64,000 nt of DNA. Origin: Candidatus Latescibacterota bacterium. GTDB lineage: Bacteria > Latescibacterota > UBA2968. Where the stretch lies: assembly GCA_965198115.1 (NCBI GenBank), contig OZ240241.1:2784001-2848000 (forward strand), written 5' to 3'. Below the pieces are notes generated by a model. That model saw nothing but the letters and a program-made list of their open reading frames with translations, did no database searches and was not told where the DNA came from. Of the stretch, positions 1 to 11,342 are shown in pieces; the first letter of the stretch is position 1; every line of letters starts with the position of its first letter. The translations under genes were made by a program, and so were the position numbers.

Positions 1-612
1 ATCGGCCCCGAAGATCAGCCGGTCCTTACCGAGTTTGTCCGCAGCCCGCTTGAAGTCCCATTCGGACCCCTGGCCATCGGGATATTGCACGACCTCGAAC
101 CATATATTCTCGAACTTCGCCAGGTGTTCCTCCGCAAAGCTGCTCGCGTGGCAGATGAACGTCGTGGTGGGGAACATCCTCGCGATGTCCACCATCAGCG
201 GATTGTGCATGTGAAGGTTGACCAGCCCGTCGCGAGCAGCCGCTGCCTCAACGAACGGAATGCACCAGGGCCCGATCGGGGGGTGACCCATCAGCCCGCA
301 GAGTCCATAGTCCCGCATCGCCTTCTCCGCCTCTTCGATTCCCAGCTTCCCGAATCGTGACTCGATCAGGGCCAGACCGATCGGAAATCGATCGGGGAAA
401 TCCTGACACGCACGCCTGATCACCTCGTTCTGATGCCGGATATCCTCGATCCCGTGAACGATCGGGCTGCCCACCGCCGTCGGCGCGCTGATGGCAACGT
501 AGATGTTCGTCTCTGAGAATCGCTGAAGACACATGGCCGTCGTCTGGCCGACCGGCGGAACGCGGTCGATCGTCCGACCGATGTGGTTATGACAGTCTAC
601 GTAGGGTCTCAA
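1..612 (-). CDS. Amidohydrolase family protein (3' end outside window)
   Basis: Not in the ORF track; manually translated from TTG at 612 with a GGGAG RBS: MRPYVDCHNHIG...KLGKDRLIFGAD. D-x-H-x-H and LIFG(A/S)D motifs of the amidohydrolase_2 family. Confidence 0.8.
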   Translation of the reverse strand, partial: MRPYVDCHNHIGRTIDRVPPVGQTTAMCLQRFSETNIYVAISAPTAVGSPIVHGIEDIRHQNEVIRRACQDFPDRFPIGLALIESRFGKLGIEEAEKAMRDYGLCGLMGHPPIGPWCIPFVEAAAARDGLVNLHMHNPLMVDIARMFPTTTFICHASSFAEEHLAKFENIWFEVVQYPDGQGSEWDFKRAADKLGKDRLIFGAD

Positions 613-653
613 TTCTGACTCCCTGTGTGGGTTGTTTCGGTGGGGCCTCCACT

Positions 654-1723
654 TCAGAGTGCCGTCACATCCACTGCCTTCCGCGACTCACTCGCCAGGC
701 GCGCCGCCTCGATGATCGCAAGATTGTGCCGGGCGTCGGCCAGCGTCGTCGGCAAAGGTTCGTCCCTTGTCATGGCCGTGAACACTGCCTCGAAATACGC
801 TGCGTGTCCCGATCGGCCCTGGGCGAGCGGATCCATGTGGGCGAACTCCGGAATCGCGATCTCGTGCCAGTCGCCTTCTTCCTTCATCCGCGTGAAGACG
901 CCTCGGCCTCGACGATCCACACGGATTGCCCCATCCCGACTGTGTACCTCGCAAAGGTTGGGCGTTTCGTTCGGCCCGGCAGCTGCTGCCCCCCACGACG
1001 TCGACAGTGTGGACACCGCCCCGCTTTCGTGTTCAAACAGAAGCAGGGCTAAATCATCGACATCGAGTCCGAGGAAATCGGAACGCAGCCGCCCTTCCAC
1101 GTACCGAATGGGGGAACCCATCATCGTCTCCAACACGTAGATCTCGTGATAGGCCGTGTCGCTGATGCACCCTCCGCCCGAAGAGGCGCGACTCCGCCAC
1201 ACGGTCTCCGGATCGGCCTGTTCCCTCGACTTACAGAACAGCGATTTGGTACGACCGTAGACGCGTTCACCGAACCCATCCTTCAGCAATGCGAGGGCTC
1301 GTCGCGTGCCGGGGGTGAACAGGAAATTGTGGCAGATCGTGTAACCCCCGCCGTTCCGATCGACAGCATCCGCGATCCGATCTGCGTCCTCCAGCGACAT
1401 CGCCATCGGCTTTTCGCTCACCACGGTCACACCGGCTTCGGCTGTCGCAATAGCTTGTTCCGCGTGAAGATTGTGTGGCGTCGCGATCAGCGCTGCATCG
1501 ACCTTCCCGCTGGACAGCACCTCCCGGTAGTCCAGATACCTTCCTTCAACCGGAATGCCCAGACAGACACCGACCGTCTCGAGAGTCTCTTCCACCACAT
1601 CGGCGGTGGCCGCCACCGAAACACGCCATCCAGTGCCTCGATGCCAGGTATGTGGGCCTTCTGACTGATCCCACCACAACCAATCAACCCAAGTCGAACC
1701 ACGTGTTTCTCCTTCATCGACAT
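654..1723 (-). CDS. Gfo/Idh/MocA family oxidoreductase (frameshift near 1620)
   Basis: N-terminus VRLGLIGCGGISQKAH lies in the 1487..1744 frame. The remainder (IATPHNLH, SEKPMA, GGGCISDTAYHEIY) lies in the 654..1850 frame. Confidence 0.85.
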
Positions 1724-1760
1724 CTCGGAAGCCACTTCGCGCAAAACCCTCTATCCACGA

Positions 1761-1791
1761 CCGACACTTCGACTCCCGCTCAGTGTGACGG
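1761..1791. repeat. REP-like intergenic repeat, TTCGACT.CGCTC family
   Basis: ccgacacttcgactcccgctcagtgtgacgg is identical to 34693-34723. Related copies at 6902, 33675, 35802/35853, 45195 and 47799. Confidence 0.8.
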
Positions 1792-1846
1792 TGCATCCGG
1801 CCAACGGTTTTCCCGACAGGACCGCACCTTTCTAAGCCGCAGTCAC

Positions 1847-2686
1847 TCAATCAGGCGATGGGATCCGATCGAATCGTGGTCTCGGGTGATGAATCCAATG
1901 CCCGCTGGGATCCCGGCCACGACAGACGACGGCCGATTTCAGATTCCACCCGCGATAGGCGCGAACGTCCGGCGGCACGAACCGCATCGTCAACCCGACT
2001 CGCTTGCGCTGAGACCGATTCGGGTCCGACCCGTGCAGCAGCAAATCCGTGTGAAGCGACATCTGCCCTGCCTTCAACGCTACCGTGGCGGGTGCGTCTC
2101 CGTAGCGCAACGCATCGTGCACCGTCTGGTTCAGGACGTTCTGTTCATCGATGTGGCTGCGTTCGAAAGCGATCTGACCGTGGACGTGTGACCGCGGTAT
2201 CAACTGCATTGCCCCATTCGTCGTATCCGCGTCATCCAGCGCCAGCCACACGGTCACCGTTTTGCTCGGGGTCAGGGGCCAGTAGGAAGCATCCTGATGC
2301 CACGAAACGCGCTTCGCATCTCCAGCCATTTTCGCGAAATAGTGCGTGCCCCAGCAGACGAGATCCGGTCCAAGGAGATCTTCCACGGCGTCGAGTATAC
2401 GAGGTTCGTTGATCAGGTCCCAGATTGGGCCGCAGTGCCGATGCCAACCGTTGATCGAGTAGGACGTCCATCCCTTTTCGAGGGCTATCGCCATCAGGTC
2501 ATCGAAATAGGCGCGATGACCGACGATCTCGGCTTCGCTGAACACATCGATCGGAAAAACGAAGCCGCGTTTGTTGAAATGCCCGATCTGCTCCCGTGTT
2601 AGAACCGTGGGTGAATGGTTCTCTATCGGATGAAACGAAAGATCTCGCGCCAACCCCGGCATCGCGTCGTGAACAGCCTCACTCAA
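1847..2686 (-). CDS. Phytanoyl-CoA dioxygenase (PhyH) family Fe(II)/2OG dioxygenase
   Basis: WHQD motif, VTVWLALDD..NGAMQLIPRSH, distal LHGS..N and RVGLTMR. Confidence 0.9.
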   Translation of the reverse strand: MSEAVHDAMPGLARDLSFHPIENHSPTVLTREQIGHFNKRGFVFPIDVFSEAEIVGHRAYFDDLMAIALEKGWTSYSINGWHRHCGPIWDLINEPRILDAVEDLLGPDLVCWGTHYFAKMAGDAKRVSWHQDASYWPLTPSKTVTVWLALDDADTTNGAMQLIPRSHVHGQIAFERSHIDEQNVLNQTVHDALRYGDAPATVALKAGQMSLHTDLLLHGSDPNRSQRKRVGLTMRFVPPDVRAYRGWNLKSAVVCRGRDPSGHWIHHPRPRFDRIPSPD

Positions 2687-2710
2687 GACGCACCACCTAA
2701 TTTGCCCTCT

Positions 2711-3757
2711 TCATTCTGCATTTTGCATTGCGGCCGCCACGACGTTGGACACGCGCCGCAACAGCCTCCCCTCCCCGACCATCTGATTCGTCAGGATCAC
2801 GCAAACGGTCTTCGTCGCCGGATCCGCCCAGGCCACCGTCCCCGTCGCCCCGGTGTGACCGAACGTCTCCGCCGAGCACAGGTTGCCGAAGTAGTTCCAC
2901 ACTCTCGAATCGCGCAGCCCCCAGCCCAGCCCCCAGGGGGCTCTCAAGGAGACGTTGTGATCGAGGCGCATCCGGCGACGGGTCGCAGGCGAGAGGACGC
3001 CACCTCCTGATAGTGACACGTGGAGGAGTCGCGCTACGTCCCGACCGGATGCGTGTAAACCACCCCAGGGACATCCGAAGTTTCGCCAGTAGTCGCTGTT
3101 AGGACCCCAGTCGCTCGTAAACGCATCCGCCGAAGGATCGACCCCACAGTAGACCGTATCTTCTATGCCCCCCGGACCGACCCCAAGGGTGGTTCGATGC
3201 ATCCCCAGCGGCTCGAAGAACTCTGTCTTCAAAAAGTCTCGCAACCGTTGACCCGTCAGGCGTTCCACGATCTCTGCCGTCAACAGGGTTCCCTTGCTCT
3301 GATACCTGAAATCCGATCCGGGTGGAAACAGGAGCGGCGTCTTGAGAGCGTGTTCGACGAACACTTCCTGCGGCTCGTGGGCCTGACGCAGCGCCGTGTT
3401 GTTCGGAAGCATATCGGGCATGCCCGACGTATGCGTCAGCAGATGCAGGACCCTCATCCCAGCTCGGTCTTCGCCCTCAAACTCGGGTAAGTGCTCATAG
3501 ACCCGATCCGACAGGGAGACCAGCCCCCGCTCGACCAAGTACATGAGGGCCGATACAGTGACCGGTTTGGTGATCGATGCCAGCAGGAAGATCGAGTCCG
3601 CATCCGCCGGAAAGCGGTGGTCCGTCGGATGCTGAAACCCGAAGCCGGCTTCGAGGATCGGCGCTTCGTCTTGCCACACGACAAGACACGCCGCGCTAAT
3701 CTCCCGCCGATCCACGGCCTGTTGAACCAGGTTCTCTGCGATGGTAAGATCAGGCAA
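2711..3757 (-). CDS. Serine hydrolase, beta-lactamase/PBP-like family
   Basis: SxxK (ASITK), LLTHTSG, Y-Q-S and FGHTG motifs. Probable TTG start at 3757 after a GGAG RBS. Confidence 0.85.
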   Translation of the reverse strand: MPDLTIAENLVQQAVDRREISAACLVVWQDEAPILEAGFGFQHPTDHRFPADADSIFLLASITKPVTVSALMYLVERGLVSLSDRVYEHLPEFEGEDRAGMRVLHLLTHTSGMPDMLPNNTALRQAHEPQEVFVEHALKTPLLFPPGSDFRYQSKGTLLTAEIVERLTGQRLRDFLKTEFFEPLGMHRTTLGVGPGGIEDTVYCGVDPSADAFTSDWGPNSDYWRNFGCPWGGLHASGRDVARLLHVSLSGGGVLSPATRRRMRLDHNVSLRAPWGLGWGLRDSRVWNYFGNLCSAETFGHTGATGTVAWADPATKTVCVILTNQMVGEGRLLRRVSNVVAAAMQNAE

Positions 3758-3920
3758 ACGTGCGCTCCGCCTTTTCAGTGCCGGGAGACTCCAGGAGCAG
3801 GCGCTCCTCCCCAAGTCCTCCGGGGCAAGAAGGGATCCCGGCCAACGGCCTGCCGGGATGACGGACACAGCCAACCTGGTCACGAAGGACTTCAAGAGCT
3901 CGAATCACCTTCTCTCCCTC

Positions 3921-4931
3921 CTATCCGATCTCATCTTCTGCGCGTTTCTGCAATGCCCGCATGTAAGCAATCGTATACGCGGTGCCCAACCGGTTGTCGT
4001 CGCACATCTGAGGGATGTGGTCGGGAATGAGCGTGCCGTCGTAGCCGACTTCGGCCAGCGCCTTCATCGCTTGGTACATATCGAAGTAGCCGTCGTCCAC
4101 GAACGTCTCCACGAAGTGAGGGAGCGGACGATCGACCGTGCGGTAGTGCACCTTGAAGATCCTACCCTGACCGCCGAAATGCTGAATTGTCTCGACCACG
4201 GCCTTACCCATCGCGTCTCCGCCCTCGAGCCAGCACCCGATGCAGAGGCACAGTCCCACGTTCGGGCTGTCTGCGATCTCCATCGCTCTCTGATACCCAT
4301 CGAATCCACTGAAAATCGGTCTGGGCACGCCGCCCAACGGCAGTCCGGGTGGATCGTCCGGATGAATTCCGATCCTGACGCCAGCGTCTTCGGCCACGGG
4401 GACGACTTCCTCGATGAAGGACTCGTAGTTCGCCCAGATCTCGTCCTCGCTGTACTCTCGCTCGTGCGTCAACCCCGACCCTTCATAGCCCCATCCGAAA
4501 GACTCCTCGAGGCGGTCACTGTCGAACGCCCGTGCTGAAGCGCCTCCACGCGTCGCCTCCCGTGGCGTACTCCAGACACCGTTGGCCATATGGGCGTAGG
4601 TCGTATAGGGAATGTCCGCCTGCCCCAGATTCCGAATGTGCTGCTTGTACTCTTCGACCTTCTCATCCCTGTTGGGAAAGTTCAGCGTGATCGCGTCGAC
4701 GTTGTGAACGCTTCCGTTTCCCAATCCGTAGAGGTTGATCCCGCCACGTTCGAAATGTTCGCGCCGACTGCGGTAGTATTCGGGACTCGCCTTTTCGGGA
4801 TCGATCCAGATCACGGCGTACTCAACGCCCATCTGCCGAACGAACGTCATCTCTTCATCGGTCGGCTCCGACGACATCTGTGCCGCTACTTTGAGTCCCG
4901 GTTCGATGTCGATGTGACTTTTGCCAGTCAT
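3921..4931 (-). CDS. uxuA: Mannonate dehydratase (UxuA) family protein
   Basis: GIHPDDPP, GLCLCIGCW, VHYR, F.DDGY.DM and PDHIP motifs. Confidence 0.85.
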   Translation of the reverse strand: MTGKSHIDIEPGLKVAAQMSSEPTDEEMTFVRQMGVEYAVIWIDPEKASPEYYRSRREHFERGGINLYGLGNGSVHNVDAITLNFPNRDEKVEEYKQHIRNLGQADIPYTTYAHMANGVWSTPREATRGGASARAFDSDRLEESFGWGYEGSGLTHEREYSEDEIWANYESFIEEVVPVAEDAGVRIGIHPDDPPGLPLGGVPRPIFSGFDGYQRAMEIADSPNVGLCLCIGCWLEGGDAMGKAVVETIQHFGGQGRIFKVHYRTVDRPLPHFVETFVDDGYFDMYQAMKALAEVGYDGTLIPDHIPQMCDDNRLGTAYTIAYMRALQKRAEDEIG

Positions 4932-4989
4932 ATTCCTCTCTCCCCTGATTCATTTTATCCTTCGCCTGTCGTTTTCCGGAGTGTCAGTT

Positions 4990-6838
4990 TCCCGGGTGCC
5001 GACCATATGCATCTGTCGGTGGGAATGCTGATCCCCTTCGTCATTCTGCTCCTCGCGAATGTCTATTTCGAGTCGAAAGGAATCGGGCTGTCCCCCTCCG
5101 AGCTATTGACCGTGTGCTGTATGTCGATGGTGGCGGCGTGGATGCAGGGCGAGGGCCTCTCCGGCTACCTGCTCGGGGTGATCACGGCCCCCCACTACTT
5201 CGCCTCACCCGAGAATCGATGGGAGGAACTGCTGCTCCAGTATCTCCCGTCGTGGGCCATCATCCCCGATCGAGAACTGGTACGCGGCTTCTACGAAGGC
5301 CTGCCGCCGGGGCAGTCAGTGCCCTGGTCCGCTTGGGTGACCCCGGCGTTGTGGTGGTCGTTGCTCATCGTTTCGGTGCTCACCGTAAACTTGTGCGTCA
5401 GTGTGCTGTTCCACAAGCAATGGATGGATTACGAGAAACTCGCTTTCCCCATCGCGACGGCGCTTCTCCAGCTTACGGGAGCCGCTGGTGAATCCGGCAA
5501 GCTCTCCGTGCTTCTGAAACATCGTCTGTTCAGGATCGGATTCGCGATCACCTTCTGCATTTTCTGCTGGAACATCACCACGTGGTTTATCACGGGCCTT
5601 CCCCTCTTCCCGATTCTCAGCGGCAGGCCCGGAAAGTACATCTACACCCTGAGTCCCCACTTTCCCAACGTCATCTTTGCGTTCAGTCTGATGACCTTCA
5701 CGTTCGGCTACTTCACCAGATCCGAGGTCCTGTTCAGCATCTGGTTCTTCCATTTTCTGGCCATCGCGCAGGCGGGGCTCTTCAACCGACTCGGATACGA
5801 CCTCGGCAGCTCCGACCCGTGGTGTTCGTTCCATCCTGCTGTGGGGTGGCAGGGCTTCGGGGGGATGATCGTGCTCGTCGGCTGGGGCATCTGGACGGCA
5901 CGTGAGCATTTTCGAGACGTTTGGCGGCACGCGGTCGGAAGAACCAGCGGCGGTGATACGGAAGAACTGATGGTCTTACCGAACGGCGGTCCTGCTCCTC
6001 TTTCTGGCACTCGGGTTCGGCGCTTTGTGGTTGACATGCGCAGGGATGGCGTGGGCGCCTCTCCTTGCATTCGGATTCGGAACGGCCGTGCTCTATATCG
6101 GGCTATCCCGCATTATCGCAGAAAGCGGGTTGGTTGCGATGCGTGGACCGCTCACCGCCCAGGCATTCGTGTGGCACATTTTCGGCATCGCGGGTCTGGG
6201 CCCGTTCAGCGCCGCCGCGCTATCGCTGACCTTCGCCTGGTTCTGCGACGCAAGGGGTCTCGCGGTAACAATGTTCGCCCACGTCCCGCGCTTGGGGGCG
6301 GCTATGAACAGAAAGGCCCGTCGTGCGCTGGGCCCGTCGTCGGTCGTCGCTTGCGTGGTGGGCGCCTTCGCCGTCTGTGCCTACGTCATCTATGAAGGCT
6401 ATCACGCGACGGGAGGCTTCAATTTCGGAACCGTCAGCTTTGCGAGCACGGGCAGTCAAAACGGGTTCGGGATTTCCAATGTGACCGCCGGAAGGATTCA
6501 GCAGGGTACCTTCGCCACGGATTGGACGCGCGTCTCCTACCTGGGGGTCGGAGCCGTGTTCACGGCCCTGCTGTTCTGGCTTCGGTATCAATTCCCCGGG
6601 TTCCCCATCCACCCCGTTGGATTCACCGTCGCGGCCGCCCCCCCGCTCGGCAATACTTCGCTCACGATCTTCCTGATCTGGGCGCTCAAGTCGCTCATCC
6701 TCAAGATCGGCGGTCTGGAGCGGTATCGCGCGTCGATCCCCCTCTTCCTCGGTTTCTTGATCGGCTACCTGGGTGGGGTTGATTGTAGACATCATCTGGT
6801 TTCCTGGGCAGGGTCATCAGATGAATATGGCCTGGTAG
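4990..6838 (+). pseudogene. DUF6785/DUF6784-like multipass membrane protein, copy 1 (5'-truncated, frameshifted)
   Basis: Paralogue of 6956..8899 from ADHMH onward, lacking the first ~30 residues. Frame breaks near 5970 and 6780; true end IVDIIWFPGQGHQMNMAW* at 6838. Confidence 0.7.
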
Positions 6839-6955
6839 CGTTCGTGCCACGCCTTTACCCAGGACCGACACTTCCCCTCACATTCATTCGGAGCAGGCTC
6901 GCGCTCAGTGTGACGGCGTCCTCCCGCTGATGACTGAATCCGACTTCACTTTCCA

Positions 6956-8899
6956 TTGACAAAGCGCGCCTTCATTGTCGGCCTTCTCCTCTCGGCCTGG
7001 GCCAATCTCTGGCCTACCTACACGAGCCTGGTCCTCCACTCCTCCCGCGCAGATCACGCGCACTTCCCACTCGCCTCGTTCATCCCCTTTCTTGCACTGC
7101 TTTGCGGGAACATCCTGCTGGAGCGTCGAGGAATCGGGTTCTCTCCATCCGAATTGTTGACCATCTGCTGCATGTCCACCGTGGCCGCGTGTATGCAGGG
7201 GGAATGGCTCTCCGGCTACCTCCTCGGCATGATCACGGCTCCCTACTACTTCGCCACACCCGAGAATCGATGGGAGGAGTTGCTCCTTCAACATATCCCC
7301 TCCTGGACCGTCATCCCCGATCGTGAGCTCGTGCGCGGGTTCTACGAGGGACTCCCACCGGGTCAGCCCGTTCCCTGGGGCGCCTGGTTCACACCAGTCT
7401 TCTGGTGGGCCCTATTTCTCGGGGCGCTCCTGACAGCGAACCTCTGCCTCAGCGTACTGCTCCGGAAACAGTGGATGGAGCACGAGAAACTCGCATTTCC
7501 GATCGCCACCGCCATCCTGGAACTGACGGGCGCAACGGGACAATCGGGGAAGATCGCCGCGCTCATCCAGAATCGGCTGTTCCGCATCGGATTCCTCGTC
7601 ACGTTCACCATCATCGCCTGGAACATCACGACGTGGTTCGTCGTGGGCATGCCGACCCTTCCGATCCTCAAAGGTCAGGCGGGACGCCACTATCTCCCGA
7701 TCGCTCCTGGATTCCCAGATTTCCGCGTGACTTTCAGCACCATGACCCTCACCCTCGGCTACTTCACTCGGTCCGAGATCCTTTTCAGCATCTGGCTGTT
7801 CCACTTTCTGGCCATCGCCCAGGCCGGGATCTTTAATCGGCTCGGCTACGACCTGGGAAGCTCAGACATCTGGTGTTCGTTCCATCCCGCAGTCGGCTGG
7901 CAGAGCTTCGGCGGCATGATCGTCCTCGTCGTCTGGGGTATCTGGATCGGACGCGGCCACCTTCGCGACGTGATCCGTCACGTGACCGGACGCGCGACAG
8001 GCGGCGATGCCGGCGAGATGATGTCCTATCGTGCAGCCGTCGCGTTCTTGTTGCTGAGCAGCGGCGTAATGGCCGCGTGGCTTCATCATTCGGGCATGTC
8101 GTGGGGACCGGTCGTCACTTTCGGGTTCGGTATCTTCGTCCTCTACCTGGGGCTCTCTCGTATCATCATCGAGAGCGGTCTCGTGTTCCTTCGTGGACCG
8201 ATCACGGCCCAAGCCCTGACGTGGCACCTCTTCGGCATCGCCGGAGTGGGCCCGGCAAGTGCCGCCGCCCTCGCGCTCTCCTTCGGCTGGTTCTGCGACG
8301 GGAAGACCTTCGGCATGACCATGATGGCTCACGTCCCGCGACTCGGCGCAGCCATGCGCCCGGATACTCGGCGCCCCCTCGCACCGAGTATCCTGATCGC
8401 ATCCCTCCTTGGCGCCCTGACGGTCATCGCCTACGTCGTCTACGTGGGCTACCGCACGACGGGCGGGCTCAACTTCGGCCACGTCAGCTTTATGGGGTCA
8501 GGCGACCTCAACGCGTTCGGAATCTGCAAATTCACGGCTTCTCGCGTTCAGCAGGGAACGCTCGGAACGGATTGGACGCGGGTCTCCTTCCTCGGTATCG
8601 GCGCCGCCTTCACTGCCCTCCTATTCTGGATACGCTACCTGTTTCCAGGCTTTCCGATCCACCCGATCGGCTTCACAATCTCCGCCGCCGCTCCCCTGCA
8701 GAATACGGGCTTCAGCATATTCCTGATCTGGGCTGTGAAGTCGCTGATCCTCCGAATCGGCGGGCTCGAACGATACCGAGCGACCGCCCCCCTCTTCCTC
8801 GGCATCCTGATCGGGTTCGTCGCCGGTGTCGCCCTCGGCATCGTCGTCGACGTCATTTGGTTCCCTGGTCAGGGTCACGAGATCCACCTCAGCCACTGA
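6956..8899 (+). CDS. DUF6785/DUF6784-like multipass membrane protein (putative transporter), copy 2
   Basis: Intact 647 aa with many TM helices. Motifs PYYFATPENRW, LRKQWMEHEKLAFPI, FPIHPIG and KSLILRIGG are typical of this uncharacterised family. Confidence 0.8.
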   Translation: MTKRAFIVGLLLSAWANLWPTYTSLVLHSSRADHAHFPLASFIPFLALLCGNILLERRGIGFSPSELLTICCMSTVAACMQGEWLSGYLLGMITAPYYFATPENRWEELLLQHIPSWTVIPDRELVRGFYEGLPPGQPVPWGAWFTPVFWWALFLGALLTANLCLSVLLRKQWMEHEKLAFPIATAILELTGATGQSGKIAALIQNRLFRIGFLVTFTIIAWNITTWFVVGMPTLPILKGQAGRHYLPIAPGFPDFRVTFSTMTLTLGYFTRSEILFSIWLFHFLAIAQAGIFNRLGYDLGSSDIWCSFHPAVGWQSFGGMIVLVVWGIWIGRGHLRDVIRHVTGRATGGDAGEMMSYRAAVAFLLLSSGVMAAWLHHSGMSWGPVVTFGFGIFVLYLGLSRIIIESGLVFLRGPITAQALTWHLFGIAGVGPASAAALALSFGWFCDGKTFGMTMMAHVPRLGAAMRPDTRRPLAPSILIASLLGALTVIAYVVYVGYRTTGGLNFGHVSFMGSGDLNAFGICKFTASRVQQGTLGTDWTRVSFLGIGAAFTALLFWIRYLFPGFPIHPIGFTISAAAPLQNTGFSIFLIWAVKSLILRIGGLERYRATAPLFLGILIGFVAGVALGIVVDVIWFPGQGHEIHLSH

Positions 8900-9124
8900 G
8901 TCGTCGGCGCATTAAATCTGCTGCCACCTTGCGTGCCACTCAGCTGTTTCGTAGTCTGAACGGCCCCCGCACTACGATTTCCTCACGTGTCGAGGAACGA
9001 CTATGAGAATCAGACTGAACATTAGTCGTGGCTTATGGCGTCGTAACTATGCGCCGACGTCGTGCGTGCTTTGAAAGCGCCTTCGACAACAGCGGCGCGC
9101 GGGTTCGTTCTTTTCCTCGGTACT

Positions 9125-9170
9125 CGGGGCGTTGCCCCGGGCTAAGAGATGCAGCCCTTTCAGGGCTGAA
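9125..9170. repeat. REP-like palindromic element
   Basis: cggggc-gtt-gccccg hairpin followed by cagccc-tttca-gggctg hairpin in the intergenic spacer. Confidence 0.55.
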
Positions 9171-9219
9171 ACCAACGGCTGTCCCCTGCTCGCCGCAGCC
9201 GCACCAACGGCGCTTGAGC

Positions 9220-9253
9220 CTGACAACTGAAGACTGACGACTGACAACTGAAC
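9220..9253. repeat. Degenerate heptamer tandem repeat (ctgacaa)n
   Basis: ctgacaa-ctgaaga-ctgacga-ctgacaa-ctgaac immediately before the TTG start of copy 3. Confidence 0.75.
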
Positions 9254-11197
9254 TTGACTAAACGCGCCTTCACCATCGGCCTGCTCCTTTCGGCGTGGGC
9301 CAACCTCTGGCCGACCTACACCAGCCTGATCGTCCACTCCTCACGGGCCGATCACGCACACCTTCCGCCGCGATGTTCATCCCGTTTCTCGCCATCCTCG
9401 GCGGGAACGTCTTCCTCGAACGACGGGGGACAGCCCTATCCCCTTCCGAACTGCTCACCATCTGCGGTATGTCGATGGTCGCAGCGTGCATGCAGGGCGA
9501 GTGGCTGTCCGGCTACCTCGTCGGGATGATCGCCGCACCGCATTTACTTCGCCACTCCGGAGAACCGTTGGGAAGAGCTTCTCCTACAGTACATCCCCTC
9601 GTGGTCCGTCATCCCCGATCGGAGCCTCGTCCAGGGCTTCTACGAGGGGCTCGCTCCCGGCCAGGCCATTCCCTGGAGTGCGTGGATCACACCCGTGTTC
9701 TGGTGGGCCCTCTTTCTCGGCGCCCTGCTGACGGCGAACCTCTGTCTCAGTGTTCTGTTTCGTAAGCAGTGGATGGAACACGAAAAGCTTGCCTTCCCCA
9801 TTGCCAGTGCCCTGTTCGAGCTGACAGGCGCGACGGGGGAATCGGGCAAGATCGCCGCTCTGCTGAGGAATAGGCTCTTTCGTGTCGGCTTCTTCATCAC
9901 GTTCAGCGTCGTGGCGTGGAACATCGCAACCTGGTTCGTCACGGGAATGCCGATGATCCCAATTATGAACGGCCCGGCCGGCCACTTCAAGGTGACCCTC
10001 GCACCGGGGTTCCCGCAGTTCGTCACCGCCTTCAGTCTCCTGACCTTCACCTTCGGCTACTTTACGCGATCCGAAGTCCTGTTCAGCATCTGGTTCTTCC
10101 ACTTTCTGGCCGTCGCACAAGCCGGCGTTTTCAACCGAATCGGGTATGACCTCGGAAGTTCGGACATCTGGTGTTCGTTCCACCCCGCCATCGGATGGCA
10201 GAGCTTCGGAGGGCTGATCGTGCTCGTGGCGTGGGGAACCTGGATTGGACGCGATCACATCCGAGACGTAATCCGACACGCCTTGGGTGGAGCGCAGGGC
10301 GGCGACAGCGAGGAAATGATGTCCTACCGGAGCACTGCCATCCTTCTGGTTGGGACGGTTCTCTTCCTAGCGATCTGGCTGAATCGATCGGGTATGGGCA
10401 TCGGACCGATTCTCGCTTTCGGGTTCGGCACGCTGGTACTCTACCTAGGTCTCTCGAGGATCATCATCGAGAGCGGCCTCGTCTTCCTGCGCGGCCCCAT
10501 CACTGCGCAGGCTTTCACGTGGCACCTCTTCGGCATCGCCGGAATGGGTCCCTTCAGTGCGGCCGCCCTCGCGTTGTCTTTTGCGTGGTCCTGTGACGCC
10601 AAGACGTTCGGAATGACGATGATGGCCCACGTCCCTCGCCTGGGGGCCGCGATGAACCGACGGAGTCGACGGCCGCTCGCTCCTGCCGTCCTGGTTGCTT
10701 CCCTCGTCGGCGCCCTGACGGTGATCGTCTACCTTGTCTACGAGGGTTACCACGCGACGGGAGGATTCAATTTTGGCGCGGTCAGCTTCAAGGGAACGGG
10801 AAGTCTGAACGCCTTCGGCGTCTGCAAATTCACGTCCGCACGAATCCAGCAAGGTACATTCGGTACGGACTGGTCTCGCGTTTCCTTCCTCAGGATCGGC
10901 GCCGCCTTTACCGCCTTTCTCTTCTGGCTTCGCTACCAGTTTCCCGGCTTCCCGATCCATCCGATCGGCTTCACGATCTCCGCCGCAGCCCCGCTGCAGA
11001 ACACTGGACTCACGATCTTCCTCATCTGGGCGCTGAAATCACTCATCCTGCGGATCGGAGGACTCGAACGGTATCGAGCCACGGCCCCACTTTTTCTGGG
11101 ATTCATGATCGGCTTCATTGCCGGGGCGGCACTCGGGGTGGTCGTCGACACGATCTGGTTCCACGGCCAAGGCCACGAAATCCATTTCGCGTATTGA
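9254..11197 (+). CDS. DUF6785/DUF6784-like multipass membrane protein, copy 3 (two compensating frame breaks near 9360 and 9545)
   Basis: Starts MTKRAFTIGLLLSAWANLWPTY like copy 2, spans the same 1944 bp and ends WFHGQGHEIHFAY. Confidence 0.78.
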
Positions 11198-11210
11198 TCA
11201 GGAGAGACCC

Positions 11211-11312
11211 GTGCCTACGGAGATGGAAGAATATCTGCTCGATCTTCGTGGTTATATCATCATCCCGAAACGCACTCGAACCCGATCTGATCGATGATCT
11301 GCACGAAGGTCC
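11211..11312 (+). pseudogene. 5' remnant of a PhyH-family dioxygenase
   Basis: AGGAGA RBS, then GTG: MPTEMEEYLLDLRGYIII(fs)RNALEPDLIDDL. Parallels MTDQEKYLFDVHGYLVIEGAL at 44291, then breaks off. Confidence 0.65.
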
Positions 11313-11342
11313 CCGATACCCCCCGACACCCGAAGTGAGAAC

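Noticed and set aside
2711-3757. Antibiotic-resistance beta-lactamase
   Set aside because: Generic serine hydrolase motifs with no signal peptide, in a catabolic context.
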